Below are positions 9,237 to 17,691 of a stretch of DNA of 64,000 bases, in pieces. A program made the translations under genes and the position numbers. The stretch comes from an uncultured Bacteroidia bacterium (GTDB lineage Bacteria > Bacteroidota > Bacteroidia > Bacteroidales > CAJPTX01): assembly GCA_947252645.1 (NCBI GenBank), contig CAMXWF010000002.1, forward strand, positions 72,632 through 136,631, written 5' to 3'. A model generated the notes under the pieces. It did not search any database. It was not told where the DNA came from and saw nothing but the letters and a program-made list of their open reading frames with translations. How positions within the stretch are numbered: position 1 is the first letter of the stretch; each line of letters begins with the position of its first letter.

Positions 9237-10151
9237 ATGGCTGCAGAGGTAAAGAAGACCATCATTGTGCCCTGGGACTATACGGAGGCCAGTGCCATAG
9301 CCCTCGAGCATGCGTACCAGCTCGCCCACGTGACCGGCGATACCATCATGTTGCTCCAGTGCGTACCCACTAAGCGCACCTTTTCCCGCGCAGCACGCGA
9401 CAAGCAGCACGACATGCTGGAAAACCTCAGAAGTAAGCTCACCGAGCAGGTGCAGCAGCTCACAAAGCAGTACGCCGCGCTGGGCGCTGAGCTCTCCCTG
9501 ATGCTCAAAAAAGAGAGCTACGTCAAGCACCAGGTGCAGAGCGTGACACTCTTGCCCATGGTGGTCGGCTATCGTAACCTCCCAAAGGCCTTCTTCGAAC
9601 TCTACAAGTCCATGGAGGTCAACCTCGTGGTCACCTCCAACTTCTACCAGGCCACCGAGAAAAAGACCCTCAACATGGCCACCGTCCTGAGAAAAGTACC
9701 CTCAGGTCGCCTCGACACCTTGCCCTTCATCATCGTCAAGAATAAGCCGGTACACCGCTACTACACCGACCTCGTGGTCCCCATGGACAATAGCTGGGCC
9801 TTCAAGGAATCGCTCCGGTGGGTCGCCTACCTCTCAAGCTACTACCACTGCAACGTCAACCTCATCAAGCCGGCTTTGAGCGATGGATTCAATAAGCGAG
9901 GCATGGCCAACAACACCTACTTCACCAAGAAAATCCTCGATGCCCACAACGTGGTCTACGGTATCAAAACCGCCGAACGCGGGCAGGACTTTTCCCGTGC
10001 CGTGGAGCAGTTCTCCAAGGCAATCGACGCCGATATGATTATCATCATGACCGATAGGGCAAAAAAAATATTCCCTAAGGATGTCATAAAATCCGACATC
10101 CCCGTCATGATGATCAACCCACTCTCCAAGAAAATCGGCGGCTTCTCTTAG
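9237..10151 (+). CDS. Tandem universal-stress-protein-like (USP) domain protein
   Basis: Two alpha/beta halves, each starting with a buried beta strand (KKTIIVPWDYTEAS...; YTDLVVPMDNSWAFKES...) and ending in hydrophobic strands (DMIIIMTD, IPVMMIN). Assignment from pattern only. Confidence 0.5.
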   Translation: MAAEVKKTIIVPWDYTEASAIALEHAYQLAHVTGDTIMLLQCVPTKRTFSRAARDKQHDMLENLRSKLTEQVQQLTKQYAALGAELSLMLKKESYVKHQVQSVTLLPMVVGYRNLPKAFFELYKSMEVNLVVTSNFYQATEKKTLNMATVLRKVPSGRLDTLPFIIVKNKPVHRYYTDLVVPMDNSWAFKESLRWVAYLSSYYHCNVNLIKPALSDGFNKRGMANNTYFTKKILDAHNVVYGIKTAERGQDFSRAVEQFSKAIDADMIIIMTDRAKKIFPKDVIKSDIPVMMINPLSKKIGGFS

Positions 10152-10195
10152 TCCGACCACAAGGGGCTGCTCCCCAGCCTGCGCACCATCCCGGT

Positions 10196-10534
10196 ATGCT
10201 CAAACGATTAGCCCGCTTAGCCGATGCCCTGTTTTTGGTGCTCCTAGTCGCTTTGCTCCTAGCGGAAGCATTGCTGCTGCTCACCAACTGGCTCGATGGA
10301 TACGCCCAACGCATCCATTTGCTCATGTTCCTCGTCCTAGGCCTTTGGGGCATCTATGGAGGGCTGCGCATGCGCCTGCTGCCCTGGGGCGGGTTCTCCA
10401 TGCTGGCCGGCGTGGCCATGGTGGTCCAAATCCTCCTCTCTGCCCACAGGCTCCACCCCGCCATCTTGGCTCTTTGCCTGCTTTTAATCGTCCTGGCCGC
10501 ACTACTCGGGAAAAGAAAGCCTTCCGCCTCCTAG
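10196..10534 (+). CDS. Small hypothetical integral membrane protein (about 4 TM)
   Basis: Hydrophobic 112-aa ORF filling the gap between the USP-like gene and lpxC-fabZ. No recognisable family. Confidence 0.35.
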   Translation: MLKRLARLADALFLVLLVALLLAEALLLLTNWLDGYAQRIHLLMFLVLGLWGIYGGLRMRLLPWGGFSMLAGVAMVVQILLSAHRLHPAILALCLLLIVLAALLGKRKPSAS

Positions 10535-10570
10535 TCTGTTCCCCTAGGAGCGCTGTTATGGAGTTCACTG

Positions 10571-11962
10571 ATGCCTAAACAACAAACAATAGCCCAACCC
10601 TTTTCCCTCACGGGCGTAGGGTTGCATACGGGCTGCAAGGTCACTGTGACCTGCAAACCAGCTCCTCAGGATGCCGGGATCAAATTCTATCGTATCGATC
10701 TCCCCGGCGTCCCCTGTATCCCGGCACTCGCCGATAGGGTGATAGATACCGCGCGGGGCACCACCTTGGGGCTCTCGCCCGAGGAATCGGTAGCTACGGT
10801 GGAGCATCTGATGTCCGCCGTGTGGAGCATGGGGGTCGATAACCTGGTTGTAGAGGTCAACGGCCCCGAGGTGCCCATCCTCGACGGCAGCGCCGCCCCC
10901 TACTGCGAGCAGATACAAAAAGTGACCCTACTGCCTCAGGATGCTGACCGCCACTACTTCGAGGTCACAGAGAAAATAGAGCTCTCCAAGCCAGAGGCCG
11001 GTGTGGAGTTGACCCTCTACCCTGCCTCCAGCTTCAGCGCGGATGTCTTGGTGAACTACCCCTCCGAGGTGGTGGGCCATCAGTACGCCACCTACACCGA
11101 GCAGTCCGACTTCCCGCATGAGGTCGCAGCAAGCCGCACCTTCGTCTTCTTCCACGAGCTCGAGGCTCTACGGCAGCGCGGGCTTATCAGGGGCGGGGCG
11201 CTTTCCAATGCCATGGTGGTGCTCGATAAGCCAGTTCCCCAGCAGGAGCTGGATAGGCTCGCCGACCTCTTCGGCGTTGAGCATGTGGCCATCCACGGTA
11301 AGGGCATCCTGAGCGTTAGGCCCCCTGTCTATGAGAACGAGCCCGCCCGCCATAAGCTGCTCGATCTGCTGGGCGACTTGGCTTTGGTGGGCTGTCGCAT
11401 CAGGGGTCGAGTCGTGGCGCGTTGCCCAGGCCACTGCCATAACACCGCCCTGGCCAAGCAGATCCGACAGGCCTACCTCGACACAAGAAACCACCCACAG
11501 GGCCCCATGGTCAATCTCAACGAGCCGCCCATGATGGACGTGCAGCGCGTCATGACCCTGCTGCCCCATAGGCCCCCCTTCCTCTTGGTAGACAAGGTTC
11601 TCAGCCTTACCAGCAACACGGTCATCGCCCTCAAGAACATCACCATGGACGAACCCTTCTTCGTGGGCCATTTCCCCGGCCAGCCCATCATGCCTGGGGT
11701 GCTACAGGTGGAGGCCATGGCGCAAGCCGGGGGCATCTTGGTTCTCAACGCCGTGCCCGACCCCCAGAACTACTCCACCTATTTCCTCAAAATCGACCAC
11801 GTCCGCTTCCGTCAAAAAGTCGTCCCAGGCGATACGCTCATACTCCGCCTCACGCTCACCGCGCCTATCCGACGGGAAATCGCCACCATGCACGGCGAGG
11901 GCTTTGTGGGCAATGCACTCGTGGTGGAGGGCGATATGGTGGCCCAAGTAACTAAAAGTTAA
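10571..11962 (+). CDS. lpxC/fabZ: Bifunctional UDP-3-O-acyl-GlcNAc deacetylase / 3-hydroxyacyl-ACP dehydratase (LpxC-FabZ fusion)
   Basis: N-terminal LpxC (QQTIAQPFSLTGVGLHTG, HKLLDLLGDL). C-terminal FabZ hot-dog (LPHRPPFLLVD, FFVGHFPGQPIMPGVLQVEAMAQ). The fusion is characteristic of Bacteroidota. Confidence 0.92.
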   Translation: MPKQQTIAQPFSLTGVGLHTGCKVTVTCKPAPQDAGIKFYRIDLPGVPCIPALADRVIDTARGTTLGLSPEESVATVEHLMSAVWSMGVDNLVVEVNGPEVPILDGSAAPYCEQIQKVTLLPQDADRHYFEVTEKIELSKPEAGVELTLYPASSFSADVLVNYPSEVVGHQYATYTEQSDFPHEVAASRTFVFFHELEALRQRGLIRGGALSNAMVVLDKPVPQQELDRLADLFGVEHVAIHGKGILSVRPPVYENEPARHKLLDLLGDLALVGCRIRGRVVARCPGHCHNTALAKQIRQAYLDTRNHPQGPMVNLNEPPMMDVQRVMTLLPHRPPFLLVDKVLSLTSNTVIALKNITMDEPFFVGHFPGQPIMPGVLQVEAMAQAGGILVLNAVPDPQNYSTYFLKIDHVRFRQKVVPGDTLILRLTLTAPIRREIATMHGEGFVGNALVVEGDMVAQVTKS

Positions 11963-11972
11963 GCCAGTAGCT

Positions 11973-12761
11973 ATGAGTGTGAGTCCTCAAGCGTACGTCC
12001 ACCCCTCGGCCAAGATCGGACAGGGTTCCCAAATCGAACCGTTCGCCTACCTCGGGGCCGATGTGGAGCTCGGCACCGATTGCTGGATTGCCCCACACGC
12101 CACCCTCCTCCCCGGGGCCAGGATCGGTAATGGCTGCAAGATCTTCCCAGGGGCCGTCATCGCGGCTATCCCGCAGGACAAAAAGTTCGCAGGCGAATAT
12201 AGCACCGCCGAGCTGGGCGATGGAACCGTAGTCCGCGAGTCCGCTACTGTCAACCGGGGCACCAAGTCCCGCGGCATCACCCGCGTAGGGCAAGATTGCC
12301 TCATCATGGCCTATTCTCATGTGGCCCACGACTGCATCCTCGGTAACCACATCATCATCGGCAACGCCTCCCAGGTTGCCGGCGAGGTGGAAATCGATGA
12401 TTATGCCAACCTCTCGGGTGGCGTACTCGTACACCAGTTCACCCGCATCGGCAGGCACGTGATGATCCAGGGCGGCAGTAAGGTCAATAAGGACGTGCCG
12501 CCATTCGTCATGGCTGGCCGCGAACCCCTGGCCTACATGGGCCTCAACGTCATCGGATTGCGTCGGCACGGCTTCACCCAATCCCAAATCCTTATCCTCC
12601 AGGAGGCCTACCGTCTCCTTTACCGCGAAGGTCTCAACTTCTCCCAGGGCATCGAGCGGATCGTCTCCGACCTCCAGCTTACCGCCGAAAGCCAGGCGGT
12701 CATCGACTTCGTCCGGGGCTCCTCCCGCGGCATTATTCGTGGGCCTAAATATGAGTCTTAA
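11973..12761 (+). CDS. lpxA: Acyl-ACP--UDP-N-acetylglucosamine O-acyltransferase
   Basis: Left-handed beta-helix hexapeptide repeats plus a C-terminal helical domain; 262 aa; directly after lpxC-fabZ. Confidence 0.9.
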   Translation: MSVSPQAYVHPSAKIGQGSQIEPFAYLGADVELGTDCWIAPHATLLPGARIGNGCKIFPGAVIAAIPQDKKFAGEYSTAELGDGTVVRESATVNRGTKSRGITRVGQDCLIMAYSHVAHDCILGNHIIIGNASQVAGEVEIDDYANLSGGVLVHQFTRIGRHVMIQGGSKVNKDVPPFVMAGREPLAYMGLNVIGLRRHGFTQSQILILQEAYRLLYREGLNFSQGIERIVSDLQLTAESQAVIDFVRGSSRGIIRGPKYES

Positions 12762-12775
12762 TCCCCGCTAGCACC

Positions 12776-13315
12776 ATGCCCAATGTCGTAGTATGGGGCC
12801 ACACTTTTATTCCTTACCGCTCGCATGAGGCCATCCAAGCCGATGTGCAACGCGTGGCCCAGCAGATCCAGCACGACCTCGAGGGGGTACAGCTACCCCT
12901 CTTTCTTTGCATGCTCAACGGGGCCTTTGTGTTCGCCGCTGACCTCCTGAGGGCCTACTGCGGGCCTGTCGAGGTGGAGTTCGTGCGCTACAGCTCCTAC
13001 AGCGGCCTAGGATCCTCGGGCCACACCCAGGAGCTCCTCGGCCTACGTAAGCCCATTGCAGGTCGCCATGTGGTCGTAGTGGAAGACATTGTCGATACCG
13101 GCCTGACCATGGCCCAGCTACTTGTCCGCCTGCGTGAGGCCGGGGCCGCAAGCGTGCGGATCGCCACCATGTTCTTCAAGCCCGAGGCCTTTAAAGAACA
13201 CTTCCAGCTCGACTACGTGGGCCAGTCCATCGACAATAAATTCGTCATTGGCTATGGCCTCGACTACGATGGCCTAGGGCGCAATCTGCCCGGCCTCTAC
13301 ATCCTCCAACAATAA
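12776..13315 (+). CDS. hpt: Hypoxanthine phosphoribosyltransferase
   Basis: PRPP-binding motif VVVVEDIVDTGLT, KFVIGYGLDY tail, 179 aa. Confidence 0.85.
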   Translation: MPNVVVWGHTFIPYRSHEAIQADVQRVAQQIQHDLEGVQLPLFLCMLNGAFVFAADLLRAYCGPVEVEFVRYSSYSGLGSSGHTQELLGLRKPIAGRHVVVVEDIVDTGLTMAQLLVRLREAGAASVRIATMFFKPEAFKEHFQLDYVGQSIDNKFVIGYGLDYDGLGRNLPGLYILQQ

Positions 13316-13328
13316 TCCCTCTACAGCA

Positions 13329-13901
13329 ATGCTCAACGTTATCCTCTTTGGGCCTCCAGGGGCCGGTAAGGGTACCCAGGCCGAGTTCTTGACCCAGCGC
13401 TACGGCATCCTGCAGCTTTCCACAGGCGACATCCTCCGGCAGGCCATCGCCAGCGGCTTCGATTTAGGCAAGCAGGCCAAGGCCTTCATGAACCGCGGGG
13501 AGCTGGTCCCCGACTCCATGGTGGTCGACATCATCGCCCAGAAGCTCCAAGCGCACCCCGAGGCCAAGGGCTTTCTCTTTGATGGCTTTCCACGAACCTC
13601 GGCCCAGGCCGCGCAGCTCGACGACATGCTCACCCAGCATGCCATGCGCATCAACGTGATGATCCAGCTCGAAGTCCCAAAGGCCGAGCTCCTCAAGCGC
13701 CTGCTCAACCGCGGTCGCACGAGCGGAAGACCCGATGACCAAGACGAGTCCATCATACGCAATCGCATCGAGGTCTACCAGCAGCAGACTATGCCTGTGG
13801 CCGCCTACTACCAGCACCAGGGCAAGCTCCGTGAGGTCGACGGCACCGGCGCCATCGCGCAAATCTCCCAGCGCATCTTCGACATCCTCGATCATATCTA
13901 G
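13329..13901 (+). CDS. adk: Adenylate kinase
   Basis: P-loop [25 protein letters not shown] motifs, 190 aa. Confidence 0.92.
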   Translation: MLNVILFGPPGAGKGTQAEFLTQRYGILQLSTGDILRQAIASGFDLGKQAKAFMNRGELVPDSMVVDIIAQKLQAHPEAKGFLFDGFPRTSAQAAQLDDMLTQHAMRINVMIQLEVPKAELLKRLLNRGRTSGRPDDQDESIIRNRIEVYQQQTMPVAAYYQHQGKLREVDGTGAIAQISQRIFDILDHI

Positions 13902-13914
13902 TCGCAGCGCCCCT

Positions 13915-14910
13915 ATGCCCGAGAGCAACTTCATCGACTACGTCCGCATCTACTGCCGCTCTGGCAATGGAGGCGCAGGCAGTACGCATCTCCGACGAGA
14001 AAAATTCGTCCCTAAGGGCGGGCCCGACGGAGGCGACGGGGGGCTCGGCGGCGATGTGATCATCCAGGGAAACCAGCAGATGTGGACCCTCATCCACCTC
14101 AAGTTCAATAAGCACGCCTTCGCCGAGAACGGACAGCCAGGGGGTAAGCAGCGTAGCTCGGGCGCCAACGGGAAATCTATCATCCTACAGGTGCCGCTAG
14201 GCACCTTGGCCAAAGACGGGGAAACGGGCCAAGTGCTCGGTGAGGTTCTCGAACACGGACAGCAGCTCATCATCAAAAAGGGCGGAAGAGGCGGCCTAGG
14301 CAATTGGCATTTCCGCTCCGCCACGCGCCAAACACCACGCTTCGCCCAGCCAGGGGAAGCCGGTCAGGAGGGCTGGGTCACCCTCGAACTCAAGCTCCTG
14401 GCCGATGTGGGGCTCGTGGGGCTGCCCAATGCTGGCAAATCTACCTTGCTGGCCACGCTCTCAGCCGCAAGACCTAAAATCGCCGACTACCCCTTCACCA
14501 CCCTCGAGCCCAACCTGGGCATCGTGGAGTACCGGGACAACCAGTCCTTCGTCATGGCCGACATCCCTGGTATCATCGAGGGCGCCCATGAGGGCAAAGG
14601 CCTCGGCTTGCGCTTCCTCCGTCATATCGAGCGAAACTCTATCCTACTCTTCCTCATACCTGCCACCTCCCCAGACGTGGCCGCTGAATTCCGACTCCTG
14701 CGCGGCGAACTAGAGCAATACAACCCTGAGCTGCTCCAAAAACGCTTCGTCGTGGCAATTACCAAGTGCGACCTCATCGACAAAAACGCCCGACGCTCCA
14801 TCGAGCAGGCGCTGCCAACCCAGTTGCCCTACATCTTCATCTCCGCCCTTGCCGGGGAGGGCTTGCTCTCGCTCAGAGACATGCTCTGGCGTGAACTCCA
14901 TATCGACTAG
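13915..14910 (+). CDS. obg: GTPase Obg/CgtA
   Basis: Obg fold [38 protein letters not shown]; G1 [11 protein letters not shown]; G3 DIPG. Start moved from track 13735 to ATG 13915; the extension overlaps adk and is Ser/Thr/Pro-rich off-frame-like sequence. Confidence 0.9.
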   Translation: MPESNFIDYVRIYCRSGNGGAGSTHLRREKFVPKGGPDGGDGGLGGDVIIQGNQQMWTLIHLKFNKHAFAENGQPGGKQRSSGANGKSIILQVPLGTLAKDGETGQVLGEVLEHGQQLIIKKGGRGGLGNWHFRSATRQTPRFAQPGEAGQEGWVTLELKLLADVGLVGLPNAGKSTLLATLSAARPKIADYPFTTLEPNLGIVEYRDNQSFVMADIPGIIEGAHEGKGLGLRFLRHIERNSILLFLIPATSPDVAAEFRLLRGELEQYNPELLQKRFVVAITKCDLIDKNARRSIEQALPTQLPYIFISALAGEGLLSLRDMLWRELHID

Positions 14911-14912
14911 CC

Positions 14913-15506
14913 ATGCTCGAACAGCTGCTAGCCTGTGATAGGGCTCTCTTCCTGGCCATCAATTCCCTCCACACGCCCCTCTCCGATGCCCTCATGACCT
15001 TCGTCTCGGGCAAGCTCACCTGGTTGCCCTTCTACCTCTTCCTCATGGCCCTCGCCTGGTACTACAAGGGCAGCAAGGGGCTGCTGTGGCTCCTCGTGGG
15101 GACAGGACTCTGCGTCCTATTGGCCGATAGACTCTCTGTGATGGCCTTTAAGAATGTCTTCCAACGCCTTCGCCCCTGCCACGACCCCTTGCTCCAAGGC
15201 CAGGTATGGTTGCCCGATGGCCACTGTGGCGGACTCTATGGCTTCATCTCTTCCCATGCCGCCAACGTGTTTGCCGTTGCCACTTTTATTGCGCTCTACC
15301 TGCGACACCGTTGGCTCACTTGGACGCTCCTGCTCTGGGCTGCATTGGTCTCCTGCAGCCGCATTTTCATGGGGGTGCATTTCCCCGGCGATATCCTGGG
15401 GGGCGCCCTGGTGGGCGCGCTGATTGGCTGGTGCGTCTGGCGCTTGCTCCGCTACCTGCTCTGGCATCTGCCCAGAATGGCCCCTGCTGCACCTCGGCGC
15501 ACCTAG
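14913..15506 (+). CDS. PAP2-superfamily membrane phosphatase (undecaprenyl-PP or lipid A phosphatase type)
   Basis: PAP2 motifs RLRPCH, SSHAANVFA, SRIFMGVHFPGDILGG; multiple TM segments. Confidence 0.7.
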   Translation: MLEQLLACDRALFLAINSLHTPLSDALMTFVSGKLTWLPFYLFLMALAWYYKGSKGLLWLLVGTGLCVLLADRLSVMAFKNVFQRLRPCHDPLLQGQVWLPDGHCGGLYGFISSHAANVFAVATFIALYLRHRWLTWTLLLWAALVSCSRIFMGVHFPGDILGGALVGALIGWCVWRLLRYLLWHLPRMAPAAPRRT

Positions 15507-15549
15507 CTGCGATGCCCCGCCCCGCGCTTGCCCCTACTCCTGCCCGGCC

Positions 15550-16980
15550 ATGCGAATAGTGCGTAATGCCTTCTATGTGGCCCTCATGCAGGCCTCAAAC
15601 GTGCTCATTGGCCTGCTGGTGCTCCCCTACGTAACCAGCGTTCTGGGCAGCGAGCGCCTAGGCATCCACTCCTTTGGCTTTGCAGCCGCCATGTACTGCT
15701 CCACCCTTGGACAGCTGGGCATTATGGCCTATGGGGTGCGAAGAGTGGCCAAGGCCCGCGAGCATCACGCCACGCTCCAGCTGGCCTTCTCCGATTGCCT
15801 CGCCTACCAGCTCACCTTTGGCCTCGCCGCCACGCTGCTGTATAACCTCTGGGCCCTGCTACAACCTGACGGCTGTTTAGGCTACTACCTGCTCTTCAAC
15901 CTGACTATGCTAGCTGGACTCACCGATCTCTCCTGGCTCTATGCTGGCCTTGAGCGTTTCGGCGCTGTGGCCCTGCGCACCTTCGCCATGAGGGCTATGG
16001 GATTGCTGCTCACCTTCGCCTGTGTACGCTCACAGCGTGACCTAGGGCTCTATATCCTCGTCCAGCAGGGCACCGTGCTGCTGAGCAATCTGTTCTTCTG
16101 GCTTGGCCTGCGTCGCTACCAGCTGCGCCTCCTCCTCTCTTCCTGGCACGACATCCGCCAACGGGTGCTCCGCGAAAGTTTCGGCATATTCCTGCCCTCC
16201 CTAGTGGCTATCATCGCCACCTCACAAGATCGACTCCTGCTGGGCTACCTGGCCAATAAGCAGCAGGTGGCCCTCTACGATTACCCCATGCGTTTTGCCA
16301 AAATCGCCATCATGGCTGCCAACGTCCTAGGCAATGTGAGCCTACCACGATGGGCAAACCTCTGGAATAAGCCCGACCGCACACAGTTCCTCCAGGCTGC
16401 CCAGCAAGTACACTACTTCGGCTTTATTACCGCACTATTCCTAGCCGGGGGGCTCGTGGCCACGGCTAACGAGGTCTGCCACTTCCTGCTCGGCCCTTCC
16501 TTCCCCGGGGCCCATACCATCCTGCGGATCGCCTGCCTGCCCGTGGCCCTCACGGGCTGCGGATTCTACTATATTGGCCTAGCCATGGGACGTGAGAAAG
16601 CCCTGCTGCAAGGCATGGGTTCCACCTGCCTCCTCAGCCTCCTCGCTTACTTCTACACTATCCCTCGCTGGGGGGCCTTGGGAGCTGTCTGGGCCTACGT
16701 TATCCCAGAGCTGGCTCTGCAAACCTACTACCTGGTGCGCTTTCGCAACATCGTGGATTGGCCTAATTTCCTAAGAGCTGCCCTCATCGCCCTTCTCCTA
16801 TGCCTCGCGGCATTGGCCGCAGCCGCCTGCTGGACCTCATGCACCCCCCTGACCGCCTTCCTACTAAAATGTACTACCTTTGCCGTAGTCTATGGGGGAG
16901 GCTGCATCCTTCTCCTCAAACCACTACGGCACTATTGCCTGTTGCGCCTAAAACAGCTTACGACGCATTCCTCTAGGTGA
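15550..16980 (+). CDS. Wzx-like oligosaccharide/polysaccharide flippase (MOP superfamily)
   Basis: About 12-14 TM segments. N-terminus MRIVRNAFYVALMQASNVLIGLLVLPYVTSVLGSERLG is typical of polysaccharide biosynthesis flippases. Start moved to ATG 15550. Confidence 0.6.
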   Translation: MRIVRNAFYVALMQASNVLIGLLVLPYVTSVLGSERLGIHSFGFAAAMYCSTLGQLGIMAYGVRRVAKAREHHATLQLAFSDCLAYQLTFGLAATLLYNLWALLQPDGCLGYYLLFNLTMLAGLTDLSWLYAGLERFGAVALRTFAMRAMGLLLTFACVRSQRDLGLYILVQQGTVLLSNLFFWLGLRRYQLRLLLSSWHDIRQRVLRESFGIFLPSLVAIIATSQDRLLLGYLANKQQVALYDYPMRFAKIAIMAANVLGNVSLPRWANLWNKPDRTQFLQAAQQVHYFGFITALFLAGGLVATANEVCHFLLGPSFPGAHTILRIACLPVALTGCGFYYIGLAMGREKALLQGMGSTCLLSLLAYFYTIPRWGALGAVWAYVIPELALQTYYLVRFRNIVDWPNFLRAALIALLLCLAALAAAACWTSCTPLTAFLLKCTTFAVVYGGGCILLLKPLRHYCLLRLKQLTTHSSR

Positions 16981-17678
16981 TGAATTGGATAATCCTCCTA
17001 GCTGCAGGAGAGAGCCGGCGTTTCGGGGGCACGGCCCCCAAGCAATTCCTTAACCTCAACGGCCAAGAGGTCTTCACCCACTCCCTGCGCACGCTCAGCG
17101 AGTGCCAGGGCCTAGATGGCGTGGTAGTGGTTACCCCCAGCGGCATGGAGGCCCACGTAAAGCAGGAGGCTGGGCATTGCGCCCCGCACTTGGCCGTGCG
17201 CGTGGTAGCGGGCGGAGCCTCCCGCATGGCCTCTACCAGCGCAGGCCTCGCGGCCTTAGACGACGTCTCCTCCAAGGCCAACGTCCTCATCCACGACGCT
17301 GCCCGACCCCTGGTCTCTTTGATCTTGGCCAATAGAGTCCTGAAAGCATTAGACCACTGCGAGATGGCCATCCCCGTGGTCGAAAGCCGCAATACCATGG
17401 TCATGGTCGATGCCCAAGGGTGCATTGAGCGCATGCCTCCACGCGACCGATTGCGCGCCGTCCAGACTCCTCAAGGTTTCCACATCGACATCCTGCGCCG
17501 TGCCTACCACGCCGCCAACGCAATGGGCTCCTGCCATGCCACCGACGATGCCTCCGTCGTCACACGTTTCTACCCCAACGTCAATGTCGCCCTAGTGGAG
17601 GGCGAGACGTGGAATCTCAAGATCACCTACCCCCAGGATTTGGCTGTGGCAGAAGCCATCTTGCGCTACTACCATTAG
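16980..17678 (+). CDS. ispD: 2-C-methyl-D-erythritol 4-phosphate cytidylyltransferase
   Basis: ILLAAGESRRFG...PKQFL, VLIHDAARP and QTPQGF motifs. The ATG overlaps the flippase stop by 1 nt. Confidence 0.85.
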   Translation: MNWIILLAAGESRRFGGTAPKQFLNLNGQEVFTHSLRTLSECQGLDGVVVVTPSGMEAHVKQEAGHCAPHLAVRVVAGGASRMASTSAGLAALDDVSSKANVLIHDAARPLVSLILANRVLKALDHCEMAIPVVESRNTMVMVDAQGCIERMPPRDRLRAVQTPQGFHIDILRRAYHAANAMGSCHATDDASVVTRFYPNVNVALVEGETWNLKITYPQDLAVAEAILRYYH

Positions 17679-17691
17679 CCCTCGCTACGCC

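Noticed and set aside
13735-13914. N-terminal extensions of longest-ORF calls (obg from 13735, flippase from 15424, recF from 44536, polA from 52044, kdsB from 59332, GT2 from 57334, tsaD from 803, methyltransferase-fold gene from 54817)
   Set aside because: The extensions overlap the preceding gene, a tRNA or a promoter box and are low-complexity. Family N-termini align with the internal ATGs used in the feature list.
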